From Octopus sinensis (taxonomy: Eukaryota): 64,000 nt of DNA. The translations under genes were made by a program, and so were the position numbers. The stretch is taken from positions 58,838,001-58,902,000 of the forward strand of contig NC_043003.1 in NCBI RefSeq assembly GCF_006345805.1, given 5' to 3'. Below the pieces are notes generated by a model. It did no database searches. It was not told the DNA's origin and was given only the letters and a program-made list of their open reading frames with translations. How positions within the stretch are numbered: the first letter of the stretch is position 1; the number at the start of each line of letters is the position of its first letter. Below are positions 16,420 through 30,009 of the stretch, in pieces.

Positions 16420-16961
16420 GATATATATATATATAATATATATACATATACACATATATATTCAACATAACCGTGAGGAGCGCTCTCCATCACTCATTTT
16501 CCTAGCGTCTCATTAAAAAAAATAACATTTTTTCTTCTATTATGCGTTTTATTTTATCATCTGGAAATTAAACTGTTTCCATACGTGTAGTCATATGATG
16601 AAAAGTTGAATGTCAAACGCAGTGTAAGTATACTAAACAGGATTCTCGCCTTGTTGCAGTTGTCGGGCTGGTGTACATTGGACGGTGGGGCTGGTGTACA
16701 TTGGTCGGTGTTGGCGATTGTAAAGAAGTGTAGTGAGAGCTGAACAACTATCAGATATAAATTTTTACATATGATTTCTGTGGTTCACCTTAGAGTTTTT
16801 GAATGGGAAGTAGGTGTAATTTGTAAGATGCCAGACCTATACACACGGATGCATGTATATAATAATACACATGCATATACACACATGTGTGCGTATATCT
16901 ATGTGTGTGTGTATATATATATATACATTATATACGTATGTTTGTGCGTGTTTATCTAATA

Positions 16962-17026
<65 letters not shown>

Positions 17027-17320
17027 GGGTCGAATGAACATTCCAAGACAGTGCTCCAGTATGGGTACAGTCCCGATGATTCGAAGAAACGAAAAGAAAC
17101 ACACAACACACACACACACAGCGCGCGCACGCACACACATACACAGACGCACCAGGTATATATATATATATAATATATATATATATAATATATATACTAA
17201 TGTATATATATACATCTGGGTATATATATATATCTATATATATATATATATACATATGTATATTTATATACAGATGCATATATATATATATATATTACAT
17301 ATATACATATAGATGCATAT

Positions 17321-17397
<77 letters not shown>

Positions 17398-17832
17398 TTT
17401 TAGCATAACACCTACGCTAATTCTATAAACCTACGCTAATTCTATAAACAAGCCTGTCCATATAAATATTCTCCTGAATTGACTGAGACTGCCAGCCGCC
17501 ACTGACCATTCAAAATACGACCATCAGGGCACTCCCCAGATTCTCCCATCCCCCTTTCCCCACCAGCCTTCTTCTCTACTACCCTTCCAAGAACTCACAA
17601 CGACCTCCGACACACAAGTGCAAACAAGGGAGTCAGAGAAAGGCAGAATGCCACTTAAATCTGAACACTACTATAGAAATATTTTTTAAAAAACTTTTCT
17701 TCTAATTTTTCTAAATTTAATTATTTAATCGTTACAGTTGAAAAGGTCTCAAAATGACCGAAACCGGTACTGAAATGTTCACTATATAAAATTATTTAGC
17801 ATTTTCTATTTTTGACTTGTTTTTTCATATAT

Positions 17833-17882
<50 letters not shown>

Positions 17883-17918
17883 AATATATATATATATTTA
17901 TATATAATATATAATATA

Positions 17919-18315
17919 GGCGCAGGAGTGGTGGGTGGTGTGAGTAGCTTGCTAACCAACCACTGGTTCCGGGTTCAGTCCCACTGCGTGGCATCTAGGG
18001 CAAGTGTCTTCTGATATAGCCCCGGACACCGACCAATGCCTTGTGAGTGGATTTGGTAGACGGAAACTGAAAGAAGCCCGTCGTATATATATATTATATT
18101 ATATATATATGTATATGTGTGTGTGTTTGTCTCCCTAGCATTGATTGACAACCGATGCTGGTGTGTTTACGTCCACGTCACTTAGCGGTTCGGCAAAAGA
18201 GACCGATAGAATAAGTCCTGGGCTTACAATGAATAAGTCCCGGGGTCGATTTGCTCGACTAAAGGCGGTGCTCCAGCATGGCCGCAGTCAAATGACTGAA
18301 ACAAGTAAAAGAAAA
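17919..18315 (+). mobile_element. Family 1 SINE, full length
   Basis: GCAGGAGTGG..GTAGCTTGCT..GGTTCCGGGTTCAGTCCCACTG head, internal (AT)/(GT) tract, tail GGCGGTGCTCCAGCATGGCCGCAGTCAAATGACTGAAAC. Confidence 0.9.
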
Positions 18316-18363
18316 GAAAGAAAGAAAGAAAGAATATATACATACATATATATATACACACAG

Positions 18364-18622
18364 TGGAGGCGCAATGGCCCAGTAGTTAGGGCAGCGGATT
18401 CGCGGTCGGAGGATCGCGGTTTCGATTCCACGAGGCTCCGGCAGGGAATGGTGGCGATCCCTGCTGTACTCTTTCACCACAACTTTCACTCTTTCTTCTG
18501 TTGGCCTGCTCGCTTAGCCAGCGGGGTGGCGTCATTTGAAGGCTAAAACAATGCGAAGCGCATTGTGACCAGCGATGTGTAGCAACGTCTGATAGCCTGG
18601 TCGGTCACGGTGATCACGGTGA
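18364..18622 (+). mobile_element. Family 2 SINE with an internal deletion
   Basis: Head as at 2440, jumping from GATTC directly to CACGAGGCTCCGG. Confidence 0.8.
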
Positions 18623-18645
18623 TATATACATATATATATATTTGC

Positions 18646-18680
<35 letters not shown>

Positions 18681-18681
18681 A

Positions 18682-19427
18682 TACTAAGCAATAAGGGTTT
18701 AGCAACGAGTTGCCTTACCACATACCGAATTAGAAATAGCAGTCAAAGGGTTATAGCTATCTTCTACTACTAAAAAGGGAGATCTCAGTAAAAAACAGCA
18801 TTTGGAAGGCAGACCCAAACAGGTAAGAGAGAATGAATTGACTGCAATCTATCATACATTTTTTTAGTTATCCACGGACGTACGTTTCGAAATCAAGTTT
18901 TAAGGAAAGCAAAGAATTAAATATTAAATATTAAATAATAAATAATTCTATCTTACCGAAACTTCTTTTCTCTTCAGCGTAGAAATACTAATCATAAATG
19001 ATTATTATTGAATTTTGAGATACCAGAAGGCACCAACTCCAATCAGTATCAGAGCGAGCTCTGATACTGAGTGGAGTTGGTGCCTTCTGTATCTCAAAAT
19101 TCAATATTAAATCATTTATGATTATAGTATTCTACGCTGAAGAGAAAAGAATTTCGGTAAGATAGAATTATTTATTATTTAATATTAATATTAATTCTTA
19201 TGCTTTCCTTAAAACTTGATTTCGAAACGTACGTCCGTGGATAACTAAAAAAATGTATGATAGATTGCAGTCAATCATTCTCTCTTTACCTGTTTGTGTC
19301 TGCCTTCAAATGCTGTTTTTACTGAGATCTCCCTTTTTAGTAGAAGAAATAGCTATAACCTTTGACTGCTATTTCTAAATTCGGTATGTGGTAAGGCAAC
19401 TCGTTGCTAAACCCTTATTGCTTAGTA
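18682..19427. repeat. 746-bp near-perfect palindrome (~370-bp arms, 2-nt loop at 19056-19057)
   Basis: Begins TACTAAGCAATAAGGG and ends CCCTTATTGCTTAGTA. Centre is CAGTATCAGAGC-GA-GCTCTGATACTG. Confidence 0.95.
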
Positions 19428-20103
19428 TTACTTAAATTTTCCTCAAATGAGGCTTTTACATGCCGAAGACTACTTGGTGTAATTGATAATTTTCCCAAAT
19501 TAATTAATTTCACCCTTCATTATTACGGATAACTATATATATATATATATTATATTATATATATATTAATATATATATATATGTATGTATTATGTATAGA
19601 TACATAGATAGATAATTATATATACGTGTATGCGCACACACACATATATATTTACTTATATACGCATATGTATATTTATATACAACGTGCTTCCACACAT
19701 TTTCCATCTAGAAAATGATCTTCAGTTGTTCAATTAACTAAACTACACGCCTATTCAATTAAGGGCTTAATGATTAAATGTCCCCCAAACCAGGGTAAAT
19801 TTTAGGTAATTCTAGCGCAGATCCAGCTAAAGAATACAAAATCCTTACATTTATCCTCGGATAATCCAAAGCGTTCCCGTCGACACTGATTAGTACCGAA
19901 GTCACTTTCAAAGATGGTGCTCATTTGTATCGAACCAAGGACATCGCAATTAAGTGATGAATTACATACCAATTCGGCTACCTTCCTTACATACATACAT
20001 GCATACATATATGCATGTTTATGTGTACAATTACATGTATATATATATATTATATACATGCAAATAAACACATAGATAATGAACTCACACACGCATACAT
20101 ACA

Positions 20104-20185
20104 TGCAGGATTGGCTGTGGTAAGTAGCTTGCTTACCAGCCACATGGTTCCAGGTTCAGTCCCACTGCGTGGCACCTTGGGTATA
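20104..20185 (+). mobile_element. Family 1 SINE head only
   Basis: GCAGGATTGGCTGTGGTAAGTAGCTTGCTTACC...GGCACCTTGGG. Confidence 0.8.
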
Positions 20186-20347
20186 CATTCGTTACTCACC
20201 ACACCTAATACCATCACAGTTTCTGGAATCTAGTAGTAGTGGTGTGGTAGTGGTGGTAGTGTGGATAATTCTAATGTCGAGATGGTACTTCGCTGTTGTT
20301 AATTGTGGGTGTCATAACCTTGTCGTAGCTATGGCCACACTACTGTG

Positions 20348-20349
<2 letters not shown>

Positions 20350-20421
<72 letters not shown>

Positions 20422-20431
20422 GCTGCTGCTG
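20350..20431. repeat. (CTA)n followed by (CTG)n trinucleotide repeat
   Basis: Read directly. Confidence 0.95.
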
Positions 20432-20499
20432 CTTCATTCTGGGACACCGGAAGGATCTGCACATAACTGCCAGTCATTTCTACTGTTAAACTTTTGTTC

Positions 20500-21260
20500 T
20501 TAGTCGAAGATTTTTTCTCACCAGAGAAGAACTAAATCATGCCATGTTCGTGAGAGTTCTTAATCTTGTTAAATAAACGTTTGACACTGATCAACGGTTT
20601 TCTTGTGTCTTTGCAGACGTGGATTGGCTTCTCCTTAGTATATATGCCTTTTATCGAATATCCTTGTGCACCACAGTTCTAACACTTCACTCCAACCCTT
20701 CAGGTTATTTGGCGATGGTCATCACTGATTTTCCCTAACCATTGTCGATTTTAATTAATTAATGTAAAGCATTCTTTATTGTCCTTGTTATTTTTCCAGT
20801 CTAGTCTTGCTGGTTCAGGTGAGAATATTAAAGTATAACTTATTAACGGAATAGCTAAAGTTGTAATGTAACTATTTCATTCTTGCATTTAGATTTGTTT
20901 TAAATATTAATTCGATGTATCTACAATATTCTATGTTAATCCTTTTAAAATTTTGTGTGTTCCTCATTGCCTACTTCATCAGTTCTTGAGAATCTGCCAG
21001 GCTGTGCTTGGTTTAATCCTGCAGTCACTCTGATTCTTCATCAAACATAATATTTGTTTTCTCAATCAATGTCCCACTCTACACAATTTTCTTTGAGCGT
21101 TTTTCTCACATCAATCCATTTGGCAGTCCATATATAATTTACCGTTGTGTTTCTAGTTCTACATCATCTGCAGTGTACAATTTGAGATCGTCCATATACA
21201 AAGGATAGTTAATTGCTTCGGTCCTAGTTGAGGATAGGTGTTTCCCCTGCATGGATTGCT
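20500..21260 (-). pseudogene. Degraded non-LTR retrotransposon RT fragment, R4/Dong-like
   Basis: Minus-strand translation INYPLYMDDLKLY (YMDD at 21187-21198), followed by TNLNAR and TTLAIPLISY-like remnants with many stops and frameshifts. Confidence 0.6.
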
Positions 21261-21279
21261 TCTTTGTCTCTGGCTTCAG

Positions 21280-21362
21280 CCAGAGACAACTCTCAAAGAA
21301 CCCAACACACATCCTGGCTCAGAAAACATTCAAAGAAATCAACTGGATCTGCCTGAAACAAA
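21280..21362 (+). other. Possible 83-nt exon (weak)
   Basis: Acceptor TTCTTTGTCTCTGGCTTCAG and donor GTGAGT; two frames open. It may simply be antisense LINE remnant. Confidence 0.25.
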
Positions 21363-21879
21363 GTGAGTGTAAGCACTTGACAGAAAAAATAAAATGAAGA
21401 GAAGGAGCACCTATCTAATAAAGGAATTAATCTTCTAATGGAAATGAGATTGGATATAATTCTTTGTTTATCATTTGCTCATGACATATAATGCATATTC
21501 TTATTACTGGGTTACCTTAATCGTGGATAGTATTTCGAATATCCACGTCCAGCTAACACAATCAATAACATCCTAGGAGTCAATTCATTAAATGCTTAGA
21601 TCTCCATTGTCTGCTGCGGCGCACAAGACCCAAAATTTCGGGCCTTGTGCCTAGAGTAGAAAAGAATAATTAATATGAGTCTTTAAATTATCCCCTTTTA
21701 TCTTTTGGAAACAAATTGTTTTTTAATTTTGTATCCTAATGTATCTATGCAATATTATGACATCAAAGCTTTGTTGGTTGTGGAAAGGCAATTTAGGCTG
21801 CGGTCTTTAGGATTCGCTGTTTCTATAGTTATGGGGATTCATATGATTTTACGTAACAGGATTGTGTCTAATTTCGGTA

Positions 21880-22525
21880 CAAGGCAGGTAATTTTGACAA
21901 GAAGGGTTAGACGATACCATCGACCCTAATACTTTGACTGGTAATTGACTTTTTCGAGCTCGAAAATATGAACGACAAGGTTGACGTTGGCGCGATTTGA
22001 ACTCAGAACGTAAAGAGCCAGAACAAAATCTGAAAGACTAATTTTCTGACGCTCGAACGATTTAGCCAGCTCGCCGCCTTTACGTAATAGTAAAAGCCTT
22101 TCTTAGTTTAGCACAAAACTAACAATTCTGAAGGGAGAAACAGTTGATTACATCGTTCCTAGGATTAAAAAGGATAAAAAAGGCAAAGTCGACTTCAGTG
22201 GTATTTGAACTCGATACGTAAAGAACCGGAAGAAACGTCGCTAAGCATTTTGTCCGGTATGGTACGGATTCTAAAACCTCGCCTACATAATTATAAAATA
22301 ATATTTGCTTCACCGAGTAGGACGTCGCGCTGGCAGAATCGTTAGCACGCCAAACAAAATGCTTTGCGTCCGGCCGTCTGTACGTTCTGAGTTCAAATTC
22401 CGCCGTAGTCGACTTTACCATTCATCCTTTCAGGATCGATAAAATAAATACCAGTTGGACACTGGGGTTGATGTAATCGACTCACCCTTCCCCGAACTTG
22501 CAGACCTTTTGCCAAAATTTGAAAC
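21880..22525. mobile_element. Cluster of three old family 3 SINE copies (two minus, one plus)
   Basis: GAACTCAGAACGTAAAG and CCAGCTCGCCGCCTT on minus; GCTGGCAGAATCGTTAGCACGCC on plus at 22328. Confidence 0.75.
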
Positions 22526-22637
22526 CGAAACTTGCTTCACAGTTTCAATTTAAGTAAACGACACAACAGTGTCATCTTTATTGTTGATTACAAGTCACTT
22601 CAGAATTATGTTACCAAAATGGGCTCCGTGTGTGTGG

Positions 22638-22760
<123 letters not shown>

Positions 22761-22773
22761 GATATATATATGC

Positions 22774-23175
22774 GCGCAGGAGTGGCTGTGTGGTAAGTAG
22801 CTTGCTAACCAACCACATGGTTCCGGGTTCAGTCCCACTGCGTGGCATCTTGGCAAGTGTCTTCTGCTATAGGCCCGGGCCGACCAAAGCATTGTGAGTG
22901 GATTTGGTAGACGGAAACTGAAAGAAGCCTGTCGTATATATATGTGTGTGTTTGTATGTCTGTGTTTGTTCCCCTAGCATTGTTTGACAACCAATGCTGG
23001 TGTGTTTACGTCCCCGTCACTTAGCGGTTCGGCAAAAAGAGACCGATAGAATAAGTACTGGGATTACAAAAGAATAAGTCCCGGGGTCGAGTTGCTCGAC
23101 TAAAGGCGGTGCTCCAGCATGGCCGCAGTCAAATGACTGAAACAAGTAAAAGAGTAAAAGAGAGTAAAGAGTAAT
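22774..23175 (+). mobile_element. Family 1 SINE, full length
   Basis: Complete head, body and (GAGTAAA)n tail. Confidence 0.92.
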
Positions 23176-23537
23176 ATATATATATAAAATCCCATTGTTC
23201 CCTGGCGTAAGGTATCTTTTAACATAACTTAATAAAATTGATTTAAAAAATGATAATATTTGTTTTCAAAAATAATTTATTTATATATTTTATATGAATA
23301 CTATCTCTAAAATAATTTTCGTATTATAAACTGTCGCCTTACGAAAAATAGGGTGGGTAGTCCATAAACTAGAGGTATGGGTCCTGTGATTTGTGGAAAA
23401 TCGTACAAGGGTTTCGTAACAAAATAATTCTGGGAATATCTGCAATAGAAAATCAATGTGTAACGGCAGTTACTTTTCTAAGATAGTCTATTTCCATAGT
23501 TCAAATAGCATCCAGCTATTTCCCTCAAAGTTCAATA

Positions 23538-23673
23538 CAATAGTCACTCGCCACATCTTGGTTCACCTATCGCGGTTCACCTATCGCGGCTCACCTATCA
23601 CGGTTTATTATTTAAGCTTACCATCGATTCCTTCTTGGTGTTGTTTTGCATTTATAAAATAAAATATATATAT

Positions 23674-23713
<40 letters not shown>

Positions 23714-23803
23714 TACACAATACAGTACTGTTTCTACTTCGCGGATTTTCCCCTATCGCGTAGGGTTTGGAACGTAACACCTGCAATTGTCGAGGGATTA
23801 CTG
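23538..23803. mobile_element. Tigger/pogo-like MITE
   Basis: TA|CAATAGTCACTCG left end and CGAGGGATTACTG|TA right end, with subterminal CACCTATCGCGG repeats. Confidence 0.6.
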
Positions 23804-25559
23804 TACTCTGGTCTTCTTCCCCTGAAACCTGTTGAGCTATTCTAAATCAGACGGAATCAATACTTTACGACTGAAACGTCCTGAGTGGTACTGAGTAATA
23901 GTTGACGATTGATAGAGCTGAGACTATGGTTTCCTTTCCTGATCGGGAAGGCTTTCCATTTCATTGCGTTTATCACCAAAAAATATAGGGAAAAATATAC
24001 TAATATTTTCTTCAAGAAGCGAGTTCTAAAATCTCTAAAAGACGTACAGGTAGTACGATACTAAACTATAATGTTTGTTGCCATTATGGTGTGTTACTGC
24101 ATTTTTAACGCCAGGAAAACATCTTTTCCAGCTGGTTAACGACACACAACATGTATCTGTTATATTGCTAGTAAGGGAGCGAACCACTCCCCTTCAGCGT
24201 GGCAAGACCAGTAGACTAGACTGGTTTCAGGGTCTTGACATGTTTTCAGTATTTTCTTCCTTTTTAATATGTTAAGCATTTTTGTTTAGTTAAAAAGAAA
24301 GCAACACTTTTCAAAGAATCTGAATATTTTATAAAATTTCGACACAAGACCGGCAATTTTAAGGCGGGAATAAGTCGATTATATCGATCTCAGTGTTCAA
24401 CTGATACTTACTTTATCGACCCGAAAGGATGAAAAGTAAAGTAGGCCTTGGCGGATATTTGATTTCAAAACGTAAAGAATTTAGATAGAAATAAATAAAA
24501 CTGAAAATCAACTGAGATAGGAAGTGCATTGTAGCGCTTAATATTAACCTTGTAAAATTCGAGTTGAAATCCTATTAAAATCAGCATGGTTTTTCATTAT
24601 TTCGGGGACCCATAAAAATAATACCAGTAATTTCTTCTGTTTATGAATACTTTATATTTAACTTTTAAGTTTGCACCTAAATCGAATTAAATAATAAATA
24701 AATAAATAAATATTATCATCGCAAATGCTGTTTGAAGAAAAACACGTTTAGCAGAAAATGCCTTTATGAATTTATTTCAGTCTTATCAAAATTAAAATTT
24801 TATTTTATATACAAAATGCCTAGTCAAAAGAAATTTCAAACGAAAAAATATGAATCTAAGGGCATTTTATTGAGATGTAATTGAAATAGGTAACGCTCAA
24901 TCACTTTGAAAATCAAACAGATGTACCTAAACTTGAGCTCCCTCGTGTATAAAAAAAAGTTTAAAATCTGCAAAATTTTCGACTATGAAAAATTAAATGA
25001 AAACTAATGAAAAAATTCGAAACAAACATAGATTCATATTTATCTAAGAAAATCATATTTTCGCATTAAAAACTATATTAAAGAAAATTAAATAGAGGGA
25101 AAAGAAAAATATACTGTAATTAGTATATGCAATAATAATAAAAAAATATCAAAAATAGGAGAAAATAAACTGAAATAATTATATCAAAACATGTTCAACA
25201 ATGCTGCGGGACGTTTCTTTAAGGGCTGTGAGCAGGAAATGGTGAGAATTCTGCCATTAAATTTCAAGTGATACTCGGTTATATTTTGAATTTTTAATGA
25301 AGAAAATTTCAATATTTCTGGAGTTTTCGAAAATCATTCCCACACTTTTGTATTTTCAAAATTACGAAAAAAAAAAAAGAAGTTTTTACAGAAATAATTA
25401 TAGTTTTGATGATTTAACGTATTTGGAATTTTAAAATTATCTTACACACCCATAAACGCCTATTTCTCCAGCACCGTGGCGATAGCCACAGCAAAGCTAT
25501 GACACCCACAGTTAACAACAGCGAAGCACCACCTCTACATCAGCATTGCCCACACTAGC

Positions 25560-25817
25560 AGCAGCACCACCACCACCATTACCACTACCACCAGCACCAT
25601 TACCACCACCACCACCACCAGCACCACCACCAGCACCACCGCCACCACCACTACCGGCACCACCGCCACTACCACCGTTACCACCACCACCACCACCACC
25701 ACCACCACCACCACCAGCACCACCACCACCACCGCCACCACCGCCACCACCGCCACTACCACCGTTACCACCACCACCACCACCACCACCATCACCACCA
25801 CCACCACCACCACCACC

Positions 25818-25876
<59 letters not shown>
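25560..25876. repeat. (CAC)n-(CTA)n trinucleotide tract
   Basis: Read directly. It generates the poly-Pro and poly-Val pseudo-ORFs. Confidence 0.95.
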
Positions 25877-26289
25877 AGAAATAATTAACATAACCGAAGA
25901 CCCATAAAGTCCAAAATCGAAGTGTTAATATTGGGTATTATCGTGCATTTTAGTTTTCACGAAATAAACTCTTAAGATTATGGCGAGAGTTTGGTATTTA
26001 AATATGTTTTTTTCAGATAGCTGGCAACCCCAAATTTGTGCATTTTAGAAGGCTCTGAGGTTAATTACTCGTATATGTAACACACCGTAGTTTTTCATTC
26101 ATTAATTCAATCAACCTTTAGGTAGCTTGTGGAATATATTCAGTATATATTAGCTCGTGAGTAAGTTCCGTAGAGAGGTAATCAAAGTAGATTTAACTAT
26201 TATCAATATCAGGACATATTTGCCATCACAAGTTGTATATGTTACTTGCCGGATAATTCTATAAAGGAAGTGAGATGCACTGAAGTTTA

Positions 26290-26813
26290 CCGTAAATCCT
26301 CGATTATAATCCGCATTTATTCCCAAAATTTAAAGGTCAAAATACCTAATGCGTACTATATACGAGGTTAAAAATGAAAAATATTTTCTAAGCAATGTCC
26401 GAGTCTCTATTTGCTGTCCGGCAATGTTTATTCAGACACATTTTGTGATGTCGGGCGCGAAAATACCTTAAGCTAAGCCTGAAAGTAATGAAGTCATAAA
26501 AGAATCATCCATAACTTGTAGTAAACAACATTTATTGAAATAAAAGTATTCAGAACACAGAATAACATATTAAAAAAGAAACAATTTGCAAACATATTTA
26601 CATTCCCCTATAACAATTAAGAACACCACCATTATTGTATTACGCATGCACAGAAGTGTTTCTTCGACTAGGTGCTGCTAGCTTAATTACGCACGACTCA
26701 AGTTAGAGAAGGGGTGCGTATTATACACAAGGTTTAGGTTTTTCAGAAGTACAGCCCCCTAAAAATCCCCTGCGTATTCTATTCAAGGGCGGACTATACT
26801 CGAGGATTTACGG
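26290..26813. mobile_element. Non-autonomous Tc1/mariner-superfamily (Tigger/pogo-like) element, 524 bp
   Basis: TIRs CCGTAAATCCTCGATTATAATCCGC and GCGGACTATACTCGAGGATTTACGG, with TA on both sides. Confidence 0.85.
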
Positions 26814-27916
26814 TACTCCATTTTTATTTCACGAAGTTGAGATGTCAAGACACATTTGCAGGATTATTTCATCGAATGTTATACTTCACAATGAACTGAA
26901 AGTTAGTACAATAGAGTGACAAAGAAGTACCGATTGTACTGAATCAAGCCAAGCGCCTTTGAAAGATTAGGTTTCCACTCAGATGTTACGAAACATTTTC
27001 TCGGCACTTGTTCGGCCTTCAACGAAATACAAGTGCCTCAAATTAGTAGGTTTATTTTTGTCAAATCTGGAATGATGAAACTGCCGCATACTTAACAAAA
27101 TTGATTATATACTCTCAACAAAAGGACTATCCTACATAGGGTCAAACAATCACTCATCAATGTGCGCGACTATTAAATCACTGACGTATTGTATCTTCAA
27201 TCTCTATCTTCTACCATTTTCTAAAGATCTGTATTTCTCTATATTAATAAAATGCCTCCGATTTATATGGTTTAGAGGAGCACGGGGTACATTGATGCTC
27301 TTTTTCTTACCCGTGAGAATGATGAAAAAAAAGAGTTTGTTATTCCTCGACCCGAAAACTGGACCAAATTCTTGCAACACTGAGGACTCCTCTTAAGGAA
27401 TGTCAGGCCAAATGGCAATATTAATGCGAGACAGATGATGTTTCAGTCCAAAATAAGTGAAGTCGTCCATACAGTTTGGATGTATCAACGATCTTCCTCA
27501 CACATTCTGTTTACCAAATTTCTTTCACGAGGATTTCGTCGCACTGAGGCTACAATAGATAAAAAAAAAAGCCCGTGGTTCTGCATCCCGGGAACGAACC
27601 GGAGACCACGTAGTATTGAAGATAATTTTTAAATCACACACACATACACTATCATCATAATGCTTAGAACGCATTTACTGTAGCTTCTTGTAACAATCTA
27701 AGTTATCTCCCATAACGAATCGGACACTGATTTCCAATATTCTTTTCTTGAAAGAGTTAACTAAATTGCACCATGGTCTCTTGTTCCTAGCACATAACAC
27801 TGAAGCATATCCCTGTATGAGAGTTTCAACCTGAACCTCACCAACATAAATGTCAACATGAGAAAGCCTGTAAGTAATACATACGCTAAACATCCTCTAA
27901 TCCAATCTATCTATCA

Positions 27917-28002
<86 letters not shown>

Positions 28003-28061
28003 ATATCTATCTATCTATCTATCTGTCTGTCTGCTATATGTCTCTCTCTCACTCCCCGCTC

Positions 28062-28109
<48 letters not shown>

Positions 28110-28147
28110 TATATATACATACACCTATACATATATGCAAACATTGT

Positions 28148-28460
28148 CTTTTACTTGTTTCAGTCCTTCGATTACGGCCATTACACCACCTTGAAGAATG
28201 TTAACCGAACGAATCGACCCCAGGACTTATTCTCTATAAGCATAGTACTTAGTCTATCGGTCTCTCTTGCTGAACCGTTAGGTTACGGGGACCTAAACAC
28301 ATCAACACCAGTTGTCAAGCAGTGGTAAAGGACAAACACGGACACACACGCACATATACAACGGGCTTCTTTCAGTTTCCGTCTACCAAATCTACTCAAA
28401 AGGCCTTGGTCGGCATGAGGCTATAGCAGAAGACACTTGTCCAAGGTGACTGAACCCAGA
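28148..28460 (-). mobile_element. Family 1 SINE
   Basis: Reverse-complement tail TCTTTTACTTGTTTCAGTC through GAAGACACTTGTCCAAGG. Confidence 0.85.
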
Positions 28461-29369
28461 AATATATATATATGTATATATCTAAATATATACATGCGTA
28501 TTAAAGGGATGACCACTAAGTGGACATCCAATATGCTAGAAATAGATCACCTACGATATAATCACAAAGAAAAGAAACATCAGCAAACACCAGAACATAA
28601 GCGGGTAAGACAAATGAAAATATACAAAATAAAGATTTCGCCATTAACTACTTTACTTACGTAAAAACGTCCGTGGCTCGTCAGTACGACTGTTCTATTT
28701 CAATGTAATTGGTAGAACTGTACACATGTCTAATTTTATGAGGACAACTCGTGTATAGTTCTGCAATTTATATTGAATTAGAACGGTTCATCAAAGACAG
28801 TATTACATGCCGATTATTTGTTACGATAATTATAAAGGTTATAACTTTGCTATAAAATTTAGAAAAGGACCTGATGCACCTTTGCATATCTTAAATAGAC
28901 TTAATTTTCATACCTCAATTTTCGTTTTATACATTTGGACATTAAGTATTATTTCAAATGTTCATTCTGTCCATTACATATATACATATTTGCATAGGAA
29001 TATTTTGATTTGTCTTCCAATTGTAAGTAGCCAAAAATATTTTCATTGTGGTTCATTTTATATCTGAACATAAATATGCATGTCTTTTCGTCAATGATAT
29101 ATTTAATAAATAATTGCCACCAAATATAATAGACAATGCTTTCACTTATATTTGTCTTGTAAGCTAAATAGATTGTGTTAGGGTAACGCTTGTTATGCCA
29201 AACATAACATATTCTGCACATGAGGTAATCTCCGCAAAAAAAAAAGCAAAAACAAAAATTACACACACACATAGTTGAAATTTATAGATAAACAAAAAAA
29301 AAAAAACGAAGATTGGTGTATAAAAAACAAGCAGGTGTATTAGTTTGACGCTCGGAAAGGTGAGAAAGT

Positions 29370-29405
29370 CTTTTACATTTCGAGCCTACGCTATTCATCA
29401 GAAAG
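29370..29405 (-). ncRNA. Minimal type I hammerhead ribozyme motif
   Basis: Minus strand: CUUU CUGAUGA A UAGC GUAG GCUC GAAA UG UA AAAG. Stem II has one terminal mismatch and the stem III palindrome is imperfect. Confidence 0.6.
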
Positions 29406-29733
29406 GAATGAGAGAAAATAAGCAGAAAGTGAATAACAAAAAAGCTTGTGGATTTAGCGATCAGTCAATATAAATTGTTAAGGTGGCTATTCGCAATTTT
29501 ACAACCGAAAAGCAAAACAGTATAGTCGTTACTAAGTGAGGGAGGGTGTTTGGTATATATTATATATATATATATATATATAATATATAATATATATATA
29601 TTTATTTATTTATTCATATGTTGCCAAAACTGGTATTTCTGTTTCTTGTAACCTCACCATACATTCATGAAAAAGAGCAATTGCAACACTCATACACTAT
29701 AAACAAAGCTAAACAGGAAAATATTATCAGATT

Positions 29734-29833
29734 NNNNNNNNNNNNNNNNNNNNNNNNNNNNNNNNNNNNNNNNNNNNNNNNNNNNNNNNNNNNNNNNNNN
29801 NNNNNNNNNNNNNNNNNNNNNNNNNNNNNNNNN
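29734..29833. other. Assembly gap (100 N)
   Basis: Run of N. Confidence 1.
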
Positions 29834-30009
29834 CACACACACACACACACACACACATAAAAACACACACGCACACATACAGACGGAGCACGAATAAAAT
29901 GGAAAGGAGGAGGAAAGAAGGATGAAAGAAACAGAGAGATAGATAGAGAGTGAGAGCGAGAGAAAGAGAGAAAGAGAGAGAGAGGGGGAGAAAGAGAGAG
30001 AGAGAGAAC

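Noticed and set aside
16665-16710. Short local tandem duplications (23 bp x2 here; also 5445-5525, 17410-17452, 51766-51815)
   Set aside because: Ordinary slippage products with no further structure.
25535-25891. Poly-Val and poly-Pro ORFs
   Set aside because: Pure (CAC)n/(CTA)n tract, with no splice or compositional support.
27440-27500. CMDDF on the minus strand, resembling a gypsy RT motif
   Set aside because: No other RT motifs at the expected spacing.
27570-27622. tRNA-like 3' half on minus (GGTCTCCGGTTCGTTCCCGGG..CCA then T run)
   Set aside because: No 5' half or cloverleaf; cannot be called a tRNA.
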